From: a candidate division WOR-3 bacterium
GTDB lineage: Bacteria > Hydrothermota > Tepidihabitantia > Tepidihabitantales > Tepidihabitantaceae
Direction: 5' to 3'
DNA: 13,202 nucleotides
Assembly: GCA_965649205.1 (NCBI GenBank)
Contig: CBFGJV010000036.1
Location: forward strand, 1 to 13,202
The first letter of the stretch is position 1; every line of letters starts with the position of its first letter. Below the pieces are notes generated by a model. It did not search any database and was not told the DNA's origin. It saw only the letters and a list, made by a program, of their open reading frames with translations. Made by a program: the position numbers and the translations under genes. Below, piece by piece: positions 1 to 7,782 of the stretch.

Positions 1-2
1 TC

Positions 3-689
3 GGCCCTGCCTGGCTTAAGGTGTACACGAGGTTATGGTGGCCGGAGTCCAGTACTGGCAAGGAGACTTATGCGCTCTCGCTTTGGCAAGAGGATGTACA
101 GAGGCCGCTCGTATTTGAGACGGAGATTTCCCCCTCTAGCTATGGGCCGGACGGTAAGAAAGTGGGTAAGTGGCGCTCTTTCTATATTCAGGTGCCGGCT
201 GGGGAAAACCAGTACCGGCTAACTCTGGATCAGGCGGCTGCCGGCACCGTAGGAGTGCGCTTCTCTTTTGAAGAGCCAGCGGAATGGCAGGAGGTTCATT
301 TATCCGGTTCGCCTTTGACTTTGGTTGAAGAAGGTAGACGGGTTACGTTTCATGAGTTGCGTAGGGACGTACCATTGGAGTTTTCTGTGTCCGGGCCTTG
401 TCGGGTGCGGGTGCGAGCGCGGCTTAACTATGGTCCGGGGATGGAAGGAAAACAGAACTTTGTTCTCTCGGTGCGGGAAGATGATTCTTTGCTGCAGACT
501 GCCAACTTCAGGACGGCCAGGTCCGGGGCTGTGTACGAGAACAAAGCAGAAATAGTACCGGCGAAAGAAGAGACTATGCGTTTTCGTCTGGGTAGGGGCG
601 AACATAGACTAGAATTAAGGTTGAGCGGCACTTTAGCCAGTTCAGCCGCGGTGCGGGTGGAGAGAATTGCGGATCAGAAATACGAGTAA
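3..689 (+). CDS. Hypothetical protein, 5'-truncated, with two tandem ~130-aa beta-rich domains
   Basis: The frame is open from position 3 (GPAWLKVYTRL...) to TAA at 687-689, so the true start lies upstream of the window. GPAWLKVYTRL...IQVPAGENQYRLTL aligns with GPCRVRVRARL...FRLGRGEHRLELRL. The 3' end overlaps the next gene. Confidence 0.8.
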   Translation, partial: GPAWLKVYTRLWWPESSTGKETYALSLWQEDVQRPLVFETEISPSSYGPDGKKVGKWRSFYIQVPAGENQYRLTLDQAAAGTVGVRFSFEEPAEWQEVHLSGSPLTLVEEGRRVTFHELRRDVPLEFSVSGPCRVRVRARLNYGPGMEGKQNFVLSVREDDSLLQTANFRTARSGAVYENKAEIVPAKEETMRFRLGRGEHRLELRLSGTLASSAAVRVERIADQKYE

Positions 690-1737
690 CCGATTCGCCA
701 GGTTTATTCTTCTCGGGCTGGGAGTATTTTCCCTTCTGGGTATGGCTTTTGCCGCACCCATAGTCAGACCTTTGCCGACTTTTAGCGGGTTTTGGGGTGG
801 TACTGTAACCTACGACGACAATGTGTTCCGATATTCGGGACGGGAGCTCGATACTTTTCGCCACGGAGGCAATCCTGCCCGGTTTCCCATCCGCAGCGCT
901 GATGATCTGGATGTCTCTGTGTGGAGCAAGTGGTTGTACAGATTTCGGCTGGGGGGCATTTTTGCTCGGGCAACAGTCAAAACCAAGTGGCACGGTTTTG
1001 TATCTAATTGGGAAAAAAGCTATGGTCTAGCTGAAGCGGGATTGGCAGCCAGATTGCGGTCTGGGAGTGAGGTAGGAACGTCTTTTCTTTGGATGCCTTC
1101 CTATCTCATTCGCTATATGCGCAGGCCACGGGCCCAGAATGCTGAATACATAGCTTGTCGTTTCAGCGAGTATCTGGTGAAGTTTCATGGCCTCATCCCG
1201 CTGTCGTTCTTTTGGTTGAGGCCGGAGTATCGTTTCCAATACGACGACTTTCAACCTGTTTTTGATTACTACGATACCAGGGCGCATCGGCTGGGTTGTC
1301 AGCTTGGATTCACTCCTGCAGCCGGGATCAGCCTCAACACCGACTACTACTATGAATTGGCTTGGGCAAATGGACCGGTGCCGGATATATCCCACCGTCA
1401 GCATGAGTGGAAGGCACAGCTGCGGGCAGCACCACCGCAGAGCAGGTTTGACTTGGAAGTGGAGTACGCACTGGAAGCCAGGGCTTACACCACTGAGAAT
1501 CCGGCAAGACTGGATTCGACTCATGCGGGGCGCAGAGATAGAATTGAAACAGCGGGTCTGGAAATCGGGTACAGGACAGGCAGAAATCGTTTTTTTCTAC
1601 GTTATGAGTTGGGTTGGCGAGAGGTGTCGTCGCCTTACAGCGTAAGTATAGAAGAAATCAAACAGTACCGGCAGAGTCGTCTCGGTGTGGGGATGGTTCT
1701 GAATTCGGTCAGGCCACAACGAGGAAATGAACTATGA
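667..1737 (+). CDS. Putative outer-membrane beta-barrel protein (BBP2-like) with Sec signal peptide
   Basis: TTG start preceded by GGTGGAGAG. Signal peptide MRIRNTSNRFARFILLGLGVFSLLGMAFA. N-terminal 'TYDDNVFR' motif and many amphipathic, aromatic-rich strands (LRPEYRFQY, ISLNTDYYY, FDLEVEYAL, AGLEIGY, FFLRYEL). The family assignment is from motif recall only. Confidence 0.7.
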   Translation: MRIRNTSNRFARFILLGLGVFSLLGMAFAAPIVRPLPTFSGFWGGTVTYDDNVFRYSGRELDTFRHGGNPARFPIRSADDLDVSVWSKWLYRFRLGGIFARATVKTKWHGFVSNWEKSYGLAEAGLAARLRSGSEVGTSFLWMPSYLIRYMRRPRAQNAEYIACRFSEYLVKFHGLIPLSFFWLRPEYRFQYDDFQPVFDYYDTRAHRLGCQLGFTPAAGISLNTDYYYELAWANGPVPDISHRQHEWKAQLRAAPPQSRFDLEVEYALEARAYTTENPARLDSTHAGRRDRIETAGLEIGYRTGRNRFFLRYELGWREVSSPYSVSIEEIKQYRQSRLGVGMVLNSVRPQRGNEL

Positions 1738-2954
1738 AGAAATTCATACTGTCTGGGTGGCTGATTTTCCTGGCTGGGTGCCAGGTACCTTTACCCAGTC
1801 CAGGTCCGGTCTGGTTGAAGGCGCCTGAACGGGGTGTAAGGATACGTAAATCAGAAGTAGTGTTCATCTGGGATTCGGTACCGGAAGCCAAGGATTACGA
1901 ATTGCAGCTGGCTCTGAATGCTCGTTTCAACCCGCTGGTATTCCAGTTGAAGACCACGGCCACCTGCGAAACTCTCCGGCTAACAACAGACGGCGTTTAC
2001 TACTGGCGGGTACGCGCATGGAGCTCAAGCGAGATACCGGGAGAATGGTCTGAGGTACGTAGTCTGGAGTTGCGTCGATTTAGCATAGTTACGTCTCTGA
2101 AAACCCAGGGATACGCCCAGGACATCTGGGTGGCTGACGACAGAGCCTATGTGGCAGATGGGCAAGCTGGTCTGGCCGTGTTTGACTTGAGCTCACCGCA
2201 GCGTCCCCGACTGGTAGGCAGCATAATGGATTCTCTGAATGAGGCATGGGGAGTGGTGGCAAATGGTAATATCGTGCATCTGGCCTACGGGTACAAGGAG
2301 TTAAGGACGATTGATGCTACCAACCCGGAGAGTTTGAGGGTGTTGGGCGAGCTGGAGTATCCACAGCCCGGGTTCGGTTATGACATTGATTGCCGGGATT
2401 CCATGGTGTACATAGCTGCTAACGCCCAGTTCATAATCGTGAACTGTGCTGATCCGAAATACCCGGGACTTGTTTTTCAGACCCGCTATCCGTATAACTG
2501 TCGAGGTGTGTGTGTCTCGGGCAACTACTGCTATTTAGCCTTGGAGCAGCTGGGTGTGGCAGTGTGGGATATAAGCTCCCTGCCGCCGGTTCAGGTTGCG
2601 GCTTTTGACACGCCGGCGAATGCCAGAAGCGTGGCGGCAGAGGGCGATTATCTGTACGTGGCTGACGGGCGTGACGGCCTAATTGTGGCAGACATCAGTA
2701 ATCCATTCCAGCCGGTTAAGATCGGCTCCTTGAGTCTTACCGGGTATGCCAATCGCATATCTGTCTGCGACACACTTGTTTACGTTGGTTGCTCCGCCGG
2801 AGGGCTGGCGGTGGTGAATGTCAAGAATCCGAGAGAACTATTTCTGGCAGCCCAAATAGGCATCAGTTATACCCGGGGAGCTCAGGAGTATCGTGGTTAT
2901 GTGTTTGCCTGTGATCGGGATTCAGGACTGGTAGTGATTAGGAAAGAGGAGTGA
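1734..2954 (+). CDS. Lipoprotein with FN3-like domain and 7 LVIVD repeats (beta-propeller)
   Basis: ATGA overlap with the upstream stop and GAGGA RBS. Lipobox FLAG-C16. FN3-like segment (FIWDSV..DYELQL..GVYYWRVRA). Seven repeats such as AYVADGQAGLAVFDLSSP, YLYVADGRDGLIVADISNP and VYVGCSAGGLAVVNVKNP. Confidence 0.88.
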   Translation: MKKFILSGWLIFLAGCQVPLPSPGPVWLKAPERGVRIRKSEVVFIWDSVPEAKDYELQLALNARFNPLVFQLKTTATCETLRLTTDGVYYWRVRAWSSSEIPGEWSEVRSLELRRFSIVTSLKTQGYAQDIWVADDRAYVADGQAGLAVFDLSSPQRPRLVGSIMDSLNEAWGVVANGNIVHLAYGYKELRTIDATNPESLRVLGELEYPQPGFGYDIDCRDSMVYIAANAQFIIVNCADPKYPGLVFQTRYPYNCRGVCVSGNYCYLALEQLGVAVWDISSLPPVQVAAFDTPANARSVAAEGDYLYVADGRDGLIVADISNPFQPVKIGSLSLTGYANRISVCDTLVYVGCSAGGLAVVNVKNPRELFLAAQIGISYTRGAQEYRGYVFACDRDSGLVVIRKEE

Positions 2955-2958
2955 GAAC

Positions 2959-5900
2959 TTGAGCCTGTTTCTATTGCTTTTTTTTGCTTTGCCGGTTCAA
3001 GAGTGGAATATACAGCAGGCAACCCCCACATTATTGCGACTGGATTTGAATGTTCTTGAGAGTGGGGGGGAACTGGAAGAACCAGCTTGTGCCAGGCTGG
3101 TGCCGGTTCCTTCTGGTAGGCTGCCCCACGTTACCGTCACTTACCTAGAGGAGGAAGTGCGGTCTGCCGATTGTCAGAGTGAGGGCTTGAGGCAAGATTT
3201 GGTAACCTGGGGGCAACCTGCCAGAGCAGCAGGGCTTGATGTGGTGCCGCTGGTGGTAGCTTTGCAACGAAAGTGCGAGGAAAGCGGACGGGTGGTTGTA
3301 TGTCGGAGAGCACAAATAGAACTTCGTTACGAGGAGCCGATACTACCTCCGGCAAGAAGCAATGCCATGACCCGTTTACTGCAGGAGTTGCTTACCGGTG
3401 ACAAGGAAAGTTTTCCTGTTACCCAAGACGGATATCTTATTATCGTCCCAGACGATTTCTATTCTCACATTCTGCCGTTAGCAGTCTGGAAGGAGCGCAA
3501 AGGATTCAAGGTTTGGGTGAAAAAGACTTCGGAGACAGGCACATCTGCGGCCCAGATACGGACGTTTATCAGCAATGCTTACAAGACCTGGGATCCGGTT
3601 CCGAGCTATGTTCTGCTGGTAGGAGCAGTGAATAAGATTCCTGCCTTTCACTATTCTGTGCCTCAGCACGTATCGGATAACCCCTTTGTTTGCGTGGATG
3701 GGGATGATTTCTTACCTGACTTGTTTGTGGGGCGTCTGCCCGCAGCCAATGCTTCGGAGCTGGACGTTATGGTGGCGAAGATTCTGGGGTATGAACGTAC
3801 ACCCTATCTTGAGGATACTCTTTGGTACGGGCGGGCCTTGATGGTAGGTACTTCCTATCAAGAGGGCGGTACTCCGGCGGTCACGGCGCTGGTGACCAAG
3901 CGGGTGATACGGACACGGATGCTGGCTGCGGGTTATTCACATATCGACACAGTTTTCTATCCGCCCACCAGGTACGGTCGCGGTCCTGTCGATAGTGCGG
4001 TTAATCGCGGTGTGTCACTCATCAACGGCCGCGGTTGGGGCAATTACGATGGATGGGGTTATCCGCAGTATCTTTCCAGTGATGTGAACGCATTGAACAA
4101 TGGCTGGAAGTTGCCAGTAGTTACCAGTATTTACTGCGGTACGGGAAACTACGCCCGCAATCCCTGTTTCGGAGAGGTTTGGTTACGGGCGGGTACTCCG
4201 ACCTCGCCCAAAGGCGGAGTTGCATTCTGGGGAGCTTCCTGGACCGGTACTTCCACGCGCTGGAACAACTGCATGGACTACGGTATTTACCATGCCATCT
4301 TTGATCGAGGCGTGCATGTGTGTGGTCCAGCCATGTATTACGGAAAGCTGGAGCAGCTGGTGAATTTCCCGCTGCCAGCCGATTCTTTTGATCTGCGTTG
4401 CTATTTTCAGGTGTACAATCTCCTCGGCGACCCTTCTCTGGAGATGAGGACGCGGGTCCCCACTGTCTTATCCGTATCCCACCCCGCAATTCTGCCGGTG
4501 GGCGCCAGTACGTTCGATGTAGTAGTGACCAGCCGAAACGGACCGGTGAGAGAAGCACTCGTGTGTCTTTACAAACAGGGTGAGTTACATCTTGTTGCCC
4601 GCACCGATGCCGCGGGTCGCGCTCACTTTGCGTTCTCGACCGTAACTGCCGATACCATGCACGTCACAGTGACAGGTGATAATATGGCTCCTTATATCGG
4701 TTATGCTCTGGTTCAGCCGTCAGGACTTTTTGTTGGGTATGCGTCGCACACGCCTTCTTCTGTCCAACCTGCTGCCCTTGCAGAACTGACGGTGAGCTTG
4801 CGTAATTTTGGAAGCAGCCTGTCTGCATCCAATGTTGTTGCTACGCTGCGGGCGCTTGATACTCTGGTATCGGTAGTTGATTCTGTGCGCAATTATGGTG
4901 CGCTTAGGCCGGGAGAGGTCTCCACCGCTGCTCCTTTTGTGATCTCGGTGGCACCTTCGTGTACCAGTTCCCAGATATTGCGGTTCGAGATGTCGGTCAG
5001 TACCGGCGACAGTGTTTGGAAGTCGGCCTTCAATCTAGATGTGCAGGCGCCTACTTTGGATATAGCTGGCTATTTAGTGCATGATGGGAATGGCGTTCTG
5101 GACCCTGGCGAAACCGCGGAGCTTTCGGTTGTGGTGAAAAACCGCGGTAAGATGTTGGCAACGGGAGTGACTGCGGTTCTGAGTTCTCTCAATCCCGGCG
5201 CAATCTCGGTGGTGGACTCGCTGGGCGGTTTCGGTGACATTGCTCCGGCTGAGTCCGTGGGTAATGTTGGGGACCGCTTTGTCGTCCGGGCAGCTGCATC
5301 AATAGGGGTGGGAAGGAAGTTCACCCTCCGGCTTACTTTGCGCACTGGCGCCGGAGCGAGACAGGTGCGTGACTTCACTTTCACAGTTGGCAGACCATTT
5401 TCTTCTTCTCCTCTAGGGCCAGACAAATACGGGTATTATGCCTATGATGACACAGACAGCGGATATGCAGAAAGGCCGGGCTACGAATGGGTGGAAATAG
5501 ACCCGACATTTGGAGGCAGAGGTACCAAATTGGTGCTGGGCAACGATCAAGTGGTGCCGGTGAGTTTGCCGTTCACTTTCCGTTTCTATGGCCGGGCCTA
5601 CGACCGTCTGGGCGTATGTGATAACGGTTATATATCTTTTGATGATGACCCGCAGGGCGAGATATACAACTGGCACCTTCCTTCGGCTTGCGCACCGGAT
5701 GGTCTTATAGCTCCGTTCTGGGATGATTTCCGTGCTGACACGCTGGATGCCGGAGGCGTATTTACCTACTACGATGCTACGGGGCACAGATTCATTGTGG
5801 AATGGAGCCGGTGTGTACATGTTCACGGATTCCGACCGCCCATACTTGCGGAACGGCAGACGTTTCAAGCAATCCTGTACGACCCACAGTATCATAGGAC

Positions 5901-6411
5901 AGCTACTGGTGATGGCGCGATTGTATTTCAATATCTTGCCGTACAAAATGACGACAGTCTGTGGTCGAATTCTCACAACTTTGCCACAGTCGGGATAATG
6001 AGTCCGGAACATCTAGACGGTTTGGAGTATACCTTTGCCGGCAGGTATCCGCCGGCAGCTGCAGAAATCGTGCCAGGAAGAGTAGTACGATTTACAACCA
6101 ACCCGCCGGATACCTTCACGGGGGTGAAGGAGTCTTTGGTTGACCGCAAAGCGGGCAACCGGTGGTTTCTTCCTAATCCTGTTCGAGCCAGGCAGGTCAG
6201 CCTACCGCTTCCTGTTGGATGGAACCCAGGTGGTCAGGTAGAGGTGTATGATGCCCTGGGACGTTGCGTAGTGCAACGGCCAATACCAAAGGAAGGGCAA
6301 TCAATTATGCTCGACCTGCGTACCCTTTCCGGGGGGGTGTACACGGTCAGTCTCAGCATATCTGGTCGGATAGTTATGAGAGAAAAGCTGCTGCTATTGC
6401 CGCAGAGATAG
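2959..6411 (+). CDS. Peptidase C25 (gingipain-family) multidomain protein: propeptide-like region, C25 core, C25_C Ig domain, two Ig/CARDB-like repeats, NIDO-like domain, T9SS-type CTD
   Basis: TTG start with GAGGAG 7 nt upstream. C25 motifs YLIIVPD, WKERKG, SYVLLVG, DLFVGRLP, KILGYE, GEVWLR..KGGVAFWG and YNLLGDPSL. CTD motifs PNP, VYDALGR, LSGGVY and a terminal KLLLL. Confidence 0.9.
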   Translation: MSLFLLLFFALPVQEWNIQQATPTLLRLDLNVLESGGELEEPACARLVPVPSGRLPHVTVTYLEEEVRSADCQSEGLRQDLVTWGQPARAAGLDVVPLVVALQRKCEESGRVVVCRRAQIELRYEEPILPPARSNAMTRLLQELLTGDKESFPVTQDGYLIIVPDDFYSHILPLAVWKERKGFKVWVKKTSETGTSAAQIRTFISNAYKTWDPVPSYVLLVGAVNKIPAFHYSVPQHVSDNPFVCVDGDDFLPDLFVGRLPAANASELDVMVAKILGYERTPYLEDTLWYGRALMVGTSYQEGGTPAVTALVTKRVIRTRMLAAGYSHIDTVFYPPTRYGRGPVDSAVNRGVSLINGRGWGNYDGWGYPQYLSSDVNALNNGWKLPVVTSIYCGTGNYARNPCFGEVWLRAGTPTSPKGGVAFWGASWTGTSTRWNNCMDYGIYHAIFDRGVHVCGPAMYYGKLEQLVNFPLPADSFDLRCYFQVYNLLGDPSLEMRTRVPTVLSVSHPAILPVGASTFDVVVTSRNGPVREALVCLYKQGELHLVARTDAAGRAHFAFSTVTADTMHVTVTGDNMAPYIGYALVQPSGLFVGYASHTPSSVQPAALAELTVSLRNFGSSLSASNVVATLRALDTLVSVVDSVRNYGALRPGEVSTAAPFVISVAPSCTSSQILRFEMSVSTGDSVWKSAFNLDVQAPTLDIAGYLVHDGNGVLDPGETAELSVVVKNRGKMLATGVTAVLSSLNPGAISVVDSLGGFGDIAPAESVGNVGDRFVVRAAASIGVGRKFTLRLTLRTGAGARQVRDFTFTVGRPFSSSPLGPDKYGYYAYDDTDSGYAERPGYEWVEIDPTFGGRGTKLVLGNDQVVPVSLPFTFRFYGRAYDRLGVCDNGYISFDDDPQGEIYNWHLPSACAPDGLIAPFWDDFRADTLDAGGVFTYYDATGHRFIVEWSRCVHVHGFRPPILAERQTFQAILYDPQYHRTATGDGAIVFQYLAVQNDDSLWSNSHNFATVGIMSPEHLDGLEYTFAGRYPPAAAEIVPGRVVRFTTNPPDTFTGVKESLVDRKAGNRWFLPNPVRARQVSLPLPVGWNPGGQVEVYDALGRCVVQRPIPKEGQSIMLDLRTLSGGVYTVSLSISGRIVMREKLLLLPQR

Positions 6412-6445
6412 GGAAATGACAAAAGACTAAGAAAGGAACTTCAGT

Positions 6446-7720
6446 ATGCGTGTAGCAACGTGTTTGTTTTTTGGGGTAGCGATGCTGATATCCCTGGGGC
6501 AGGGAGAGATATTTCATGGCGTAGCTGTTCCCCCTGGAGGCACGAATGCCTGGGTGGTGACGATTGAGACCACGGCAGTATATCGCACTACCGATTTTGG
6601 CTATAACTGGCAGCCGCAGGAAATAAATACTTTTCGCGATTTCTTTGACGTATTCTTTCTGGACGATTCTAACGGTTGGACTTGTGGACGGGTGGGTGAT
6701 ATCTGGCATACCCGTAACGGGGGTCTCAGTTGGGAAAGGCAGAATTTGGGCGGGCCGAAGTTTGCCACCAGAATCAGATTTCTGGATGAGGAATACGGGT
6801 GGTCAGCTGGAGGAGAGGCGATTCTTTTGCATACGACGAATGGCGGTGAGGAGTGGCATATGACCTTTTTTCCCAGACCACCCTATCCTTCTGATACGGT
6901 GGATTTTCAGGGGGTATTTTTCATAGACCGCCGCACGGGTTGGCTGGTAGCAGGCAGATTCCCTGAAGGCGGAGACACCTTTGCCTATGGCCAAGGATTC
7001 ATTACCAAAACGCAAGACGGTTGCTCTACCTGGACGCTGCAACGAGTGGATACGGTGTATGATTTCTACGATGTGGCATTCATCGACGCCAACCACGGCT
7101 GGGTGGTGGGGGGAAACGATAGAACCATGAACGGCGTTGTGCTTCATACTACCGACGGAGGCAATTCCTGGATGGAGCAGGCGTTACCTTCGGGGACCCG
7201 CTTTCTGCGAGCCGTAACGTTCAATGGTGACAAGGGATGGGCTTGCGGTCGAAACGGAACGATTATTCATACCAGTAACCGCGGAGCTACCTGGGTGAGA
7301 CAAACAACCGGCGTGGATACGACACTGTTCGATATAGAGTTTGCTGATTCCCTGCGAGGAATGGCAGCCGGCAATTCTGTAGTGCTGGTGACTACTGATG
7401 GAGGACAAAGCTGGATACGGAGATTGGGAGGCATTGATGATGTTGCCCGGCGGCAGCAGGAGACCCCAAGTTTGCGGGTCACTCCCAGCGTAGCGTTTGG
7501 CGGCTTTGTCACCGTCAGGATGGTTAAAGCAGGTCGCCTTTGCTCGGCGGTGCAGGTTCTTGATGCCGCGGGCAGGATAGCTGGAACAGAAACTTGGCGC
7601 TCGCAAGATGGTGAAGACGGCCTGGAAATAGATATTTCTCACCTTCCTGCCGGTGTGTATCTTGTGCGTTTAGTCGGCGCAGGTACAGAGACTGCCGTTT
7701 TTGTGCGTACCGGAAGGTAA
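6446..7720 (+). CDS. YCF48-like/BNR (Asp-box) beta-propeller protein with T9SS-type CTD
   Basis: AAAGGA RBS and signal peptide. Seven Asp-boxes (TTDFGYNW, TRNGGLSW, TTNGGEEW, TQDGCSTW, TTDGGNSW, TSNRGATW, TTDGGQSW). CTD motifs VLDAAGR and DISHLPAGVYLVRL. Confidence 0.88.
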   Translation: MRVATCLFFGVAMLISLGQGEIFHGVAVPPGGTNAWVVTIETTAVYRTTDFGYNWQPQEINTFRDFFDVFFLDDSNGWTCGRVGDIWHTRNGGLSWERQNLGGPKFATRIRFLDEEYGWSAGGEAILLHTTNGGEEWHMTFFPRPPYPSDTVDFQGVFFIDRRTGWLVAGRFPEGGDTFAYGQGFITKTQDGCSTWTLQRVDTVYDFYDVAFIDANHGWVVGGNDRTMNGVVLHTTDGGNSWMEQALPSGTRFLRAVTFNGDKGWACGRNGTIIHTSNRGATWVRQTTGVDTTLFDIEFADSLRGMAAGNSVVLVTTDGGQSWIRRLGGIDDVARRQQETPSLRVTPSVAFGGFVTVRMVKAGRLCSAVQVLDAAGRIAGTETWRSQDGEDGLEIDISHLPAGVYLVRLVGAGTETAVFVRTGR

Positions 7721-7742
7721 GTAACAGCTTTGTCACTTGTAA

Positions 7743-7771
7743 TTGACACCCTCTGTTGAGGGTGTTATCGT
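7743..7771 (+). promoter_or_regulatory. Sigma70-type promoter for the MBL-mutL-miaA unit
   Basis: TTGACA (7743-7748), 17-nt spacer, TATCGT (7766-7771), with an extended -10 TG at 7763-7764. It lies in the intergenic gap just before the ATG at 7783. Confidence 0.7.
7746..7765. repeat. Perfect 8-bp inverted repeat (possible terminator hairpin or operator)
   Basis: ACACCCTC-TGTT-GAGGGTGT, 25 nt after the YCF48-like gene stop and followed by a T-rich tract (TATCGTTATCCTTTGT). Confidence 0.65.
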
Positions 7772-7782
7772 TATCCTTTGTA

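Noticed and set aside
2978..3070. T8 (2978-2985) and G7 (3064-3070) homopolymers near the start of the C25 gene as phase-variation tracts
   Set aside because: The runs are short, the frame is intact, and Phe-Phe and Gly-Gly codons explain them.
6446..7720. Interpreting the YCF48-like protein as a photosystem II assembly factor or sialidase
   Set aside because: Asp-box propellers are widespread. There is no photosynthesis context and no FRIP sialidase motif, and the protein carries a secretion CTD.
7756..7782. ORF-track TTG start extension of the MBL gene
   Set aside because: It lies within the predicted promoter and palindrome. ATG 7783 is more plausible.
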